A model generated the notes under the pieces. That model searched no databases, was not told the DNA's origin, and was given only the letters and a program-made list of their open reading frames with translations. Positions 20,165-28,544 of a stretch of DNA of 46,790 bases are shown in pieces. The translations under genes were made by a program, and so were the position numbers. Origin of the DNA: Chitinophagaceae bacterium (GTDB lineage Bacteria > Bacteroidota > Bacteroidia > Chitinophagales > Chitinophagaceae); NCBI GenBank assembly GCA_025455665.1, contig JALOMC010000001.1, forward strand, positions 1-46,790, in the 5' to 3' direction. The stretch's first letter is position 1. Every line of letters starts with the position of its first letter.

Positions 20165-20908
20165 ATGGAGCCAACCACACTAAAAGTAGTAGCCGCCGAC
20201 GACGACCTGGTATTTCGTGAGCACCTGCGCATACTGCTATCGGCCATGCCGGGGGTAGAGCTGGTAGCTGTGCACGATGGTGCATGGCCCTGCCTGGCCT
20301 ACCTGCAGCAGCACACGGTAGATGTAGCCGTGCTGGATGTAGAAATGCCCGGCCTCACTGGTACAGAGCTGGCCCGCAGTCTTAGCAGGCCACCGTTGTT
20401 CATTTTCGTCACTTCGCACCCGGGCTATGCCGCCGAAGGATTTGAAATAGAAGCCGTGGACTATATTGTGAAACCGGTACAAAAAGACCGGCTGCTGCGG
20501 GCTTTGCAAAATGCCAGGCAAAGGCTGGCGGCTACCACCGCTGCGCAGGCCGTACCTGCCAATAACGACGACTTTGTGTTCATTCGTGACAAAAACGACT
20601 ACCTGCGCCTGGAGCTGGCCAGCATTGTGTATGCCGAAGCCACCGGCGACTTTGTACAGATACATTTGCACAACGGTCAAAAGCACCTGGTACTGGTAAA
20701 CATGAAGCATTTTGAAGCGCAATTGCCATCGGCCAACTTTATCCGAATTTCGCGTACACACCTCATCAATACCAACCGCATCACGGCCATTCGCCAGCAA
20801 AAAGTAGAGCTGGATCAGGTATCGCTGCCCATTGGCAAAAGCTACCTGGATGCACTGGAAGAGTCATTGCTACGGTATAAAACCATCAAACGCTACCCCG
20901 ACACATGA
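20165..20908 (+). CDS. LytTR family response regulator
   Basis: REC domain (ADDD, LDVEMPG, FVTS, DYIVKP) plus LytTR domain (IVYAEATGDFV, FIRISRTHLIN, LPIGKSY). Confidence 0.95.
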   Translation: MEPTTLKVVAADDDLVFREHLRILLSAMPGVELVAVHDGAWPCLAYLQQHTVDVAVLDVEMPGLTGTELARSLSRPPLFIFVTSHPGYAAEGFEIEAVDYIVKPVQKDRLLRALQNARQRLAATTAAQAVPANNDDFVFIRDKNDYLRLELASIVYAEATGDFVQIHLHNGQKHLVLVNMKHFEAQLPSANFIRISRTHLINTNRITAIRQQKVELDQVSLPIGKSYLDALEESLLRYKTIKRYPDT

Positions 20909-22788
20909 ACCTCATTCGCCACAGCTTTTGCCTACTGCTGCTATGCTGCAGTGCCACCATGGTCTTTAGCCAAAAAGCCCGCCTTATCGATAGTTTTTCG
21001 GCGCAGCTCACCAGCAGCGGCACCCCCGATACGGTGCGGCTGGCAGCCCTGGAGCGTTTGGGTGGGTTGTTTCAGGATGTAGACAACAACAAGGCCATTG
21101 GCTTTTATGCCGAAGCCGCTGAGCTGGCCACCCGCCTGCAGCGCCCGGTAAACGAGTGGAGAGCTTACTACAACCTGGGCTACAGCCACCTTTCGATGGG
21201 CAAATATGAAAAAGCGATTGAGTACTACCTGCAGGCCATTCGCATAGGCGAAGCACAAAAGTTCAAAGGGCGGCTTGCCAACTCGTACATGTCGCTGGGC
21301 AATGTGTTTTTTGAAATGGGTAACCTGCAAAAAGCCAGCCAGTACCACGAGATGGCTGCCGCAGCACACCTTAAAAATAAAGACAGCGCCGGGTTGGCCA
21401 GTTACTACCTCGAGCGGGGGCTTGTTTTCAGTAAAAAGAAACAGCTGGACAGTGCCGAATTTTATTTCGCCAAGACCATCCAACTGGGCGAGGCCATTGG
21501 CGATGCGCAACTACTGGCCAATGCAAAAGCCAATCTGGGCCTCAACTTCAAGAAGCGTAAACAGTACCCGCAAGCTCTTGCTCTTTTCAAAGAAGCCCTG
21601 TACCTGGGGCGGCAGGCGTATGATGTGCCCGACTATGTAGGCGCTTTGTACAACAACCTGGCCGTGGGCTACATGATAAATAACATGGTGGACTCGGCCC
21701 GGGCTGCTTTTCACATCAGCTTGCAGCTGTGCAAAGTAGCGGGCAGCCAAAGTGGCGAAATGGAAAACTATCGCAACCTGGCCGAGCTGTATAAAATGAC
21801 CAGCCAACCCGATAGCCAACTTCACTACACCGAGCTGTATTATGCCCTGAAGGATACGGTGCTGAATGCCGATATAAAGGCCTCGATAGCTGAAAAAGAG
21901 GCAGAGTACCGGATTGAAAAAAAGCAGACAGAAATAGAAACGCAGCGTAAAACCCGCAACTGGCTCATTGGCATTGCTACACTGGCGCTGGTAGCTGCTG
22001 GCAGCATAGCCTACCTGTGGCGCCAAACGCAGCGAAACAATCAGCAACTGCTGCTGCTGAACCAGCGCATTACCCAGCAAAAAGACCAACTGGAAAAACT
22101 AAACGGGCTAAAGGACCGCCTGATGAGCATCATCAGCCATGATCTGCGCAACCCGCTGGCTACTATTCAAACTTTTTTTGACATCAGCACCGATAGCAGC
22201 CTGCCGCCTGAGCAGCTGCGGCCACTGCAGCAGCATACCAGCCAGGTGGTACAGCAAACCAGCCAAATGCTGGACAATATGCTACTATGGGCCCGCCTGC
22301 AAGTACGGCAGGAGCAGCCACCACTGGCACCCGTGACCCTGCAGCCCGTGGTGCAGGAGGTAGTAGCACAGGTACAGCCACAGGCTGATAAAAAGCAGGT
22401 GCAAATAGCCACCAACCTGCCTGCTGCACCAATAGCCGTGCAGGGGCACGATGAAATGCTGCGCATTGTGTGTCGCAACCTGCTGACCAACGCCGTGAAA
22501 TTTTCGCAACCGGGCAGCCGCATACTGCTATCGGTGAGCGACAGCAACGGGATGGCCCGCATAGCGGTACAAGACCAGGGCATAGGCATGAGCCCCGAAC
22601 AAGTGAATAGCCTGATGCAGCAAACCAATGGCACAGTAGCTGGCACGCAGCAAGAAAAAGGGAGCGGACTTGGCGTGTTTCTGGTGCACGAACTGCTGCG
22701 CCCCATGCAGGGCAAACTGGAAATAGAAAGTGTACAAGGACAGGGATCGGTATTTAGCATTGTACTGCCGGCGCTGCAGCAAGCCTAA
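20905..22788 (+). CDS. TPR-containing sensor histidine kinase (HisKA/HATPase)
   Basis: Signal peptide, periplasmic TPRs, TM helix, SHDLRNPL H-box, NLLTNAVKFS, VQDQGIGM, GSGLG; overlaps the RR stop (ATGA). Confidence 0.94.
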   Translation: MNLIRHSFCLLLLCCSATMVFSQKARLIDSFSAQLTSSGTPDTVRLAALERLGGLFQDVDNNKAIGFYAEAAELATRLQRPVNEWRAYYNLGYSHLSMGKYEKAIEYYLQAIRIGEAQKFKGRLANSYMSLGNVFFEMGNLQKASQYHEMAAAAHLKNKDSAGLASYYLERGLVFSKKKQLDSAEFYFAKTIQLGEAIGDAQLLANAKANLGLNFKKRKQYPQALALFKEALYLGRQAYDVPDYVGALYNNLAVGYMINNMVDSARAAFHISLQLCKVAGSQSGEMENYRNLAELYKMTSQPDSQLHYTELYYALKDTVLNADIKASIAEKEAEYRIEKKQTEIETQRKTRNWLIGIATLALVAAGSIAYLWRQTQRNNQQLLLLNQRITQQKDQLEKLNGLKDRLMSIISHDLRNPLATIQTFFDISTDSSLPPEQLRPLQQHTSQVVQQTSQMLDNMLLWARLQVRQEQPPLAPVTLQPVVQEVVAQVQPQADKKQVQIATNLPAAPIAVQGHDEMLRIVCRNLLTNAVKFSQPGSRILLSVSDSNGMARIAVQDQGIGMSPEQVNSLMQQTNGTVAGTQQEKGSGLGVFLVHELLRPMQGKLEIESVQGQGSVFSIVLPALQQA

Positions 22789-22977
22789 CCAGCATGATCA
22801 GCGTCTTTGCCGTTCCTACCAGCAATAATGGTGGCAGCACCCGATAGCTTTGGCACATGCCGGGCTGGCGTTTTCAAAGCGGTTGCAAACCTGCACCGTC
22901 TTCAGTAAGGCTGCGGCGGCAGTGCAAAAGCAGGCATGGGTGCGGCCGATGGCCGGCAGCCACATGTCTGGTCTAAG

Positions 22978-23044
22978 AAAAAGCCGGATTGGTCGAAACC
23001 AACAGTGCCACATTTTTTGATGAATATGAACCGATGCACTTTTA
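22978..23044 (+). promoter_or_regulatory. Promoter module copy 1 (upstream of sRNA-2)
   Basis: AAAAAGCCGGATTGGTCGAAA-N17-TTTGATGAATATGAA-N6-CACTTTTA. Confidence 0.6.
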
Positions 23045-23047
23045 CAG

Positions 23048-23208
23048 TGTCGAAAGAAAATAACCCCGACCCGACCCCCTTAAACGATCCTTTTAAAACC
23101 CCGTAACCCCTAAACTCCCTGAAAAGGATCCCTTGTTGGACGCAAGAGATTATCCCTAAACCCTTTCTTGTGCAAAAGGAGCCGCTAACCCCCGGCTCCT
23201 TTCTTTTT
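23048..23208 (+). ncRNA. Putative sRNA-2 (ACCC-loop family)
   Basis: Seven ACCC motifs, mostly in predicted loops (stems GTCG/CGAC, GATCCTTTT/AAAAGGATC, CAAGAGA/TTTCTTG, terminator AAAGGAGCCG/CGGCTCCTTT with CTAACCCC loop). Confidence 0.65.
23175..23208 (+). terminator. Intrinsic terminator of sRNA-2
   Basis: AAAGGAGCCG-CTAACCCC-CGGCTCCTTT-CTTTTT. Confidence 0.8.
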
Positions 23209-23296
23209 GCCCCAACGGCCCATTTTGTTTATGCAACTGCGATATATAACTGAACACAAAATGCATATTGTGTCGGGCTGGGGGTTTTCGACCGGC

Positions 23297-23363
23297 AAAA
23301 AGCCGGTTTCGTCGAAATACAGCCCCCTGCCGAATTTGACAAATGTCAAAACAGGCATCTTTG
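23297..23363 (+). promoter_or_regulatory. Promoter module copy 2 (upstream of sRNA-3), with TTTGAC-AAAT-GTCAAA palindrome
   Basis: AAAAAGCCGGTTTCGTCGAAA-N17-TTTGACAAATGTCAA-N6-CATCTTTG; same spacing as copy 1, 319 bp downstream. Confidence 0.6.
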
Positions 23364-23367
23364 CTTC

Positions 23368-23493
23368 AGCGAAAAGCGAAACCCTAAACCCAAGTCCAGG
23401 TTACCCCCCTGGCATCTGAGAAACCCCTCAAGAGCTTTACCCTAAGCCCTTAAAAAGAGAGAGCAGAAGCCCCCCGCTTCGCTCTTTTTTTTT
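23368..23493 (+). ncRNA. Putative sRNA-3 (ACCC-loop family)
   Basis: Hairpins CCAGG-ttacccc-CCTGG, TGAG-aaaccc-CTCA, GCTT-taccct-AAGC, and terminator GAAGC-ccccc-GCTTC followed by a T-tract. Confidence 0.65.
23452..23493 (+). terminator. Intrinsic terminator of sRNA-3
   Basis: AGAGC-A-GAAGC-CCCCC-GCTTC-GCTCT then a T run. Confidence 0.8.
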
Positions 23494-23680
23494 GGCCTTG
23501 CCGCATGGCCACCCACCAGATAGGATAATAGAAACACAACTTTAATAGGCACTGCCCTCTATTTAGGCGTACCTTCGCCGCCATTTTACAAGGCAGGTGG
23601 TGTGCAAGGCATGCCGGCTGCCCTTTTTTAGTAATCAAAACAACCAAGCAACCCCTAAGGGGGACGGGAGGTGAAAAACT

Positions 23681-25489
23681 ATGCAAATCCGCAACATCGC
23701 CATCATTGCCCACGTAGACCATGGCAAAACAACCCTTGTAGATAACATTATCCGCAGTGCGAAAGTATTCCGCGACAATCAGGAAGCTGGCGAACTGATT
23801 ATGGACAGCAACGATCTGGAAAAGGAACGCGGCATCACGATCTTTTCCAAGAACATGAGCGTGGTGTACAAAGATGTCAAGATCAATGTGATAGACACCC
23901 CTGGCCACGCCGACTTTGGTGGCGAGGTGGAGCGGGTGCTGAAAATGGCCGATGGCGTGATCCTGCTGGTAGATGCTTTTGAAGGCCCCATGCCTCAAAC
24001 CCGCTTTGTACTACAAAAGGCACTGCAGCTGAACCTGCACCCCATTGTAGTCATCAACAAAGTAGACAAGCCCAACTGCCGCCCCGATGAAGTACACGAT
24101 GCCGTGTTCGAACTCTTCTTCAACCTCGATGCTACCGAAGAGCAGCTCAACTTCCCTACGTACTATGGTAGTGGCAAAAACGGCTGGTTCAACGAAAGCC
24201 TGACACCCACCGACAACATCCTTCCGCTGATGGATGGCATTTTGAAGCACGTACCCGAACCAAAGATTGCGGATGGTACGGTGCAAATGCAAATTACCAG
24301 CCTCGATTACAGCAGCTTTCTTGGCCGTATTGCCATTGGTAAAGTGGCCCGTGGAGTACTCAAGGAAAACATGCCTATCAGCCTGATGCAAACCGATGGA
24401 TCGGTCAAAAAGCAGCGCATCAAAGAACTGTACGTGTTTGAAGGCATGGGTAAGCGCAAGGTATCGGAAGTATTTGCCGGCGACCTATGTGCTGTGGTAG
24501 GTATTGAAGGCTTCAATATTGGCGATACCATCGCCGACTTTGAAAATCCCGAGGCGCTTCCCATCATCAGTGTAGATGAGCCTACCATGAGCATGTTGTT
24601 CGGCATCAACAACTCGCCCTTTTTTGGCAAAGACGGCAAGTTTGTAACCAGTCGCCACCTGCGTGATCGCCTGATGAAGGAAACCGAAAAAAACCTGGCC
24701 CTGCGGGTGAAGGATACCGATAGCGCCGATTCATTTCTGGTGTACGGCCGCGGCATTTTGCACCTGGGCGTATTGGTAGAAACCATGCGCCGCGAAGGCT
24801 ACGAGCTGACTGTGGGCCAGCCCCAGGTATTGGTAAAAGAAATAGATGGCCAAAAATGTGAGCCTTACGAAACACTGGTGGTAGATGTGCCCGAAGAATA
24901 TGCCAGCAAGGTGATAGACCTGGTAACCCGCCGCAAGGGCGAGCTGCATGTAATGGAAACCAAGGGCGAAATGCAGCACCTGGAGTTTGAAATACCCAGC
25001 CGTGGCCTGATAGGCCTGCGTACGAACATGCTGACGGCTACAGCTGGCGAAGCTGTGATGGCGCACCGCTTTTTGGACTACAAACCGTGGAAAGGGCCCA
25101 TTCCTGGTCGTAACAATGGTGTACTGCTTTCCAAAGAAGCCGGTACCACCACTGCCTACTCGCTGGATAAGCTGCAGGACCGTGGTATCTTCTTCGTAGA
25201 TCCGGGTGAAGATGTGTACGCCGGTATGATCATTGGCGAAAACAACAAGCCCGGCGACCTGGTAGTAAACCCCAACGAAGGCAAAAAACTGACCAACCAC
25301 CGTGCCAGCGGTAGCGATGCAGCTACCAGCATTGCACCCAAAACCCTGCTGACGCTGGAAGAATGCATGGAATACATTCAGCAGGATGAATGCATTGAGG
25401 TAACGCCCAACTTCATACGGATGCGTAAGGTGCTGCTGGACGAAAACGACCGCAACCGCCTGGCCAAGCAGATGAAGGCAGAGGCGTAA
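23681..25489 (+). CDS. typA: Translational GTPase TypA/BipA
   Basis: [83 protein letters not shown]. Confidence 0.98.
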   Translation: MQIRNIAIIAHVDHGKTTLVDNIIRSAKVFRDNQEAGELIMDSNDLEKERGITIFSKNMSVVYKDVKINVIDTPGHADFGGEVERVLKMADGVILLVDAFEGPMPQTRFVLQKALQLNLHPIVVINKVDKPNCRPDEVHDAVFELFFNLDATEEQLNFPTYYGSGKNGWFNESLTPTDNILPLMDGILKHVPEPKIADGTVQMQITSLDYSSFLGRIAIGKVARGVLKENMPISLMQTDGSVKKQRIKELYVFEGMGKRKVSEVFAGDLCAVVGIEGFNIGDTIADFENPEALPIISVDEPTMSMLFGINNSPFFGKDGKFVTSRHLRDRLMKETEKNLALRVKDTDSADSFLVYGRGILHLGVLVETMRREGYELTVGQPQVLVKEIDGQKCEPYETLVVDVPEEYASKVIDLVTRRKGELHVMETKGEMQHLEFEIPSRGLIGLRTNMLTATAGEAVMAHRFLDYKPWKGPIPGRNNGVLLSKEAGTTTAYSLDKLQDRGIFFVDPGEDVYAGMIIGENNKPGDLVVNPNEGKKLTNHRASGSDAATSIAPKTLLTLEECMEYIQQDECIEVTPNFIRMRKVLLDENDRNRLAKQMKAEA

Positions 25490-25520
25490 GACATTGAGTG
25501 CGTCAAGAAGGCAATAAGAG

Positions 25521-25553
25521 AAAATCCCGGTAGTAAAACTGCCGGGATTTTTT
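25521..25553 (+). terminator. Intrinsic terminator after typA
   Basis: AAAATCCCGGTAGT-AAA-ACTGCCGGGATTTTTT. Confidence 0.85.
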
Positions 25554-25629
25554 GTGTTCAACGGCAACGCCAACTATCAGTCCCTTACAGGCCTTTCTCT
25601 ATCTTTCCGCTACCAACCAACGCTTGCTT

Positions 25630-27918
25630 ATGATCCGCCTTATTGCCGCCGTAGCTATAGCCTGCTGTAGCCTACAGAGTGCAGCGCAACGTACCTCCTA
25701 TTCTGCCGCCGAAATTGACCGCTTGGCCTCGCTGGGCAAACTATGGGGTATGCTGCATTATTTTCATCCCCATGTGCTCAATGGCTCGGTGGTGACTGAT
25801 AGCCTGGTGCTACCGGCCGCCCGGCAGCTGGCTGCCGACCCCAGCGCTGCCACCTACCAGCAGGCGGTAGCTGCCATGCTGGCCCGTGTAGCCGACCCCG
25901 CTACCAAACTTATTTTGGCCAGTGGCCCCCGGCAGCCGGTGCGGCTGTTGACCCAGCCCCAGCGGGCCACCGTACACCCACTACCGGGCAACAGACAGTA
26001 CATAGCCCTGCCGACGGACATAGAAGGCGAAGCCGAACTGGCGAAAACCGGATTCATGGACGATAGCTGGAAAAAGTCGGCAGGCATTGTGCTGGATTTG
26101 CGGAAAGCCGACTATCAAGCCCCCAATTGGAGCGATCAGCAATTTCTGTCCGACTTTTTTCCTGCCATTCGCAACGCCCTACTGGGCAAAAAAAAGATGC
26201 CCAGCCTGCAGGAACGGGTAGCTGGCCATAACGGCTTTGTGTCGCAAACGCAAACAACACCCAATGTATACAGCAGCGGATGGCGCAGCAATGTGCTGAC
26301 TCCATCGGTCAATGGCAATGAGAAAGCTTACGGCAAGCCTTTTGTTTTTGTGCTTCATCAAAACAGCCATGCCGAGCTGATCTGGCAATGCCTGCTACTG
26401 TCGGCAACCGGCGTTTGCCAGGTGCTGCTGGATGGTACGCCCCCCTACACCGCCGATGGCACTACTACCACTATTTCGCTAAGCGATGCGCTGAGCTGCC
26501 AGATACGCATCAGCGATGTGTACACGGGCACGGGGCGGCGCCTGCCACCGCCCGCCGATGTGCTACCCATTACAGATACCAGCCTGCAGGGTGGCTTTGT
26601 CAAGCGCTGCGTGCAGCTTCTTCAAACCACCAGCAGCATGGTGCCGTCCACGTTGGCCATCGGCGCCGAATATGTATACCCGAAGCCCGCCCGCTATGGC
26701 AGCAGCCTCTACCCCGATGCGGACCTGCGCCTCATGGCACTGTACAATTGGTGGAATGCTATTCACTACTTTTTTCCGTACAAGCACCTGACCGACAAGG
26801 CGTGGGACACGGTACTGTACCAGCATATACCAATGATGCTGCAGGCAAAGGATTCGGTAGCATATATGCTGGCTGTAAGAAGCATGGTAAGCGATATCAA
26901 CGACAGCCATGGCTTTATTTTGAACATGCTGCCGGCTACACCTGCCCGTGCATTGTATGGGTACTGGCCCCCTATCGAACTGGGCTACATTGAAAACAAA
27001 CTGGTGATAGTGGATGTGGGCCGAGATAGCACCCAGGATATGAGCCAGCTACAGCCCTGGGATGAGATACTGGCTATAGATGGCACCCCAGCTGCGGCAG
27101 CTGCCGAAAAATGGCGACGGTACATTGCCAGCAGCAACCAAAGCACCTACTACCGCGATGTGGTGCGCTATTTGCCCAATGGGCCCAAAAACAGTAAGGT
27201 GACCCTGCAAATAAGGCGCAATGGTGTGGAACAAACAGTAACACTGCTGCGCAGTGGCCGTACAAACCTTCCTAAGAAGGCGGTAGACTTTAACCAACGG
27301 TATGCTACCCTGCAAACGATGCAAGACAGTGTGCTGTATGTAAATATGGGAAGCCTGAACAGCGTACAAGCTGATAGCCTGGCAAAAGTGCTGCATAAGC
27401 AACAAGTGCTGCTGCTGGATATGAGAAACTATCCGCAAGGCACTGCGTGGACCTTGGCTCCACGGCTGACTTCAGTAGCCAGAAAAGCGGTATTGTTTGA
27501 TAAGCCATTTGTAACACCAGCACACATTTTCGGTGGCGAAACGCAAGAAAATACCAACTCATGGTTTACCGTACAGCCCGCCGATCAGCAAAACGCTTTT
27601 CGCGGCCGTGTCTTCATTTTGTGCAACGAACAAACCCAAAGCCAGGCAGAGTATAGCATTATGATGTTTCAGGGAGCCACACAGTGCACGGTAGTGGGTA
27701 GCCAAACAGCCGGTGCCGATGGCAATGTAACACAGGTAGCCATACCGGGTGGGTACGAAGCATCCTTTAGCGGCCTGGGTATTTTGTACCCCGATGGCAC
27801 GCCCACTCAGCGACGGGGCATTCGGGTAGACGTGCAAATAAAGCCTACAATAGAAGGCCTGAAAGCCGGCAAAGATGAGGTGCTGCAAAAGGCGTTGTTG
27901 ATGATAGCAGGCCGCTAA
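25630..27918 (+). CDS. S41 family peptidase with PDZ domain, secreted
   Basis: Signal peptide; KLWGMLHYFHP, WNAIHYFFPYKHL, INDSHG, LDMRNYPQG, TQSQAE (catalytic Ser), GSQTAGADGNV, QRRGI; start ATG 25630. Confidence 0.9.
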   Translation: MIRLIAAVAIACCSLQSAAQRTSYSAAEIDRLASLGKLWGMLHYFHPHVLNGSVVTDSLVLPAARQLAADPSAATYQQAVAAMLARVADPATKLILASGPRQPVRLLTQPQRATVHPLPGNRQYIALPTDIEGEAELAKTGFMDDSWKKSAGIVLDLRKADYQAPNWSDQQFLSDFFPAIRNALLGKKKMPSLQERVAGHNGFVSQTQTTPNVYSSGWRSNVLTPSVNGNEKAYGKPFVFVLHQNSHAELIWQCLLLSATGVCQVLLDGTPPYTADGTTTTISLSDALSCQIRISDVYTGTGRRLPPPADVLPITDTSLQGGFVKRCVQLLQTTSSMVPSTLAIGAEYVYPKPARYGSSLYPDADLRLMALYNWWNAIHYFFPYKHLTDKAWDTVLYQHIPMMLQAKDSVAYMLAVRSMVSDINDSHGFILNMLPATPARALYGYWPPIELGYIENKLVIVDVGRDSTQDMSQLQPWDEILAIDGTPAAAAAEKWRRYIASSNQSTYYRDVVRYLPNGPKNSKVTLQIRRNGVEQTVTLLRSGRTNLPKKAVDFNQRYATLQTMQDSVLYVNMGSLNSVQADSLAKVLHKQQVLLLDMRNYPQGTAWTLAPRLTSVARKAVLFDKPFVTPAHIFGGETQENTNSWFTVQPADQQNAFRGRVFILCNEQTQSQAEYSIMMFQGATQCTVVGSQTAGADGNVTQVAIPGGYEASFSGLGILYPDGTPTQRRGIRVDVQIKPTIEGLKAGKDEVLQKALLMIAGR

Positions 27919-28036
27919 CCGCTCGCTGGTTCATTGGCCAGCCAGCAGTTGTTTGCCCATAGCTATCGCTTGTCTATTGAACCAATAACTGATGAAGGGT
28001 CCTTGTAGCTTCAGGCTATCAAGGGCCCTTTTTGCC

Positions 28037-28522
28037 ATGAGTATACACCTGCACACCCACAGTCGCCAACACCACAGCCTTCACCTGGCTGATGGCAGCA
28101 CCTGGCAACTTCGCTACACCCACCACTGGCGCCAGGCACTTATACACGGTGCTCTCGTCGCCGAGCTTCGCCCTGTACCAGCCGGTTGGTACCTGCAGCC
28201 GGCCGGCACACCACAGCGGGTATGGGGTTTAATAATGCCGCAGCACCGCTGCAGCTTTTTTATAGCACTGCATGCGCCGCGCCTGCATTTTACCTTACAA
28301 CGCCAGCCAGGCTGTAGCAGCCGCTTTGTGCTTACCAATAGCCGACAGGAGGAATTCCTGAGCATTCAGGCTTCATTGCACTGGCAGCAACAAGCCTTCC
28401 GATTTCAGCTATACACAGCACACCAAAATATGCTACAGCAGCAACCACTTTTGGCCTTGCTGGCTGTACATTGTGCTAATGCGGGCATGCACCTGCTAAA
28501 CGGACTGGATGCCAGCACCTAA
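28037..28522 (+). CDS. Hypothetical protein
   Basis: His/Gln-rich ORF in the gap before the kinase; no family recognised; start uncertain. Confidence 0.55.
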   Translation: MSIHLHTHSRQHHSLHLADGSTWQLRYTHHWRQALIHGALVAELRPVPAGWYLQPAGTPQRVWGLIMPQHRCSFFIALHAPRLHFTLQRQPGCSSRFVLTNSRQEEFLSIQASLHWQQQAFRFQLYTAHQNMLQQQPLLALLAVHCANAGMHLLNGLDAST

Positions 28523-28544
28523 CGACCGCACTAACCAACCTGCC

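Noticed and set aside
19998-20285. 95-aa minus ORF covering sRNA-1
   Set aside because: Overlaps the LytTR gene, spans the promoter and looks non-protein-like.
22872-22889. LacI-like operator TTTCAAAGCGGTTGCAAA
   Set aside because: Weak symmetry (6/9) and no LacI or sugar gene nearby.
23275-23326. Long imperfect hairpin (GGGCTG...TTTCGAC-CGGC-AAAAA-GCCGG...GTCGAAA..CAGCCC) as a separate RNA
   Set aside because: It overlaps the conserved promoter block and has no promoter or terminator of its own; probably DNA-level symmetry of binding sites.
23100-23395. CCCTAAA (plant telomere-like) heptamers
   Set aside because: Only a few dispersed copies, not tandem; better explained as the loop motif of the sRNA candidates.
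23207-23419. 70-aa ORF between sRNA-2 and sRNA-3
   Set aside because: TTG start inside a terminator tail, crosses the conserved promoter block, no protein features.
22960-23500. Possible CRISPR array or MITE
   Set aside because: Only two copies of a 21-bp block 319 bp apart; no regular spacers, cas genes, terminal inverted repeats or target duplications.
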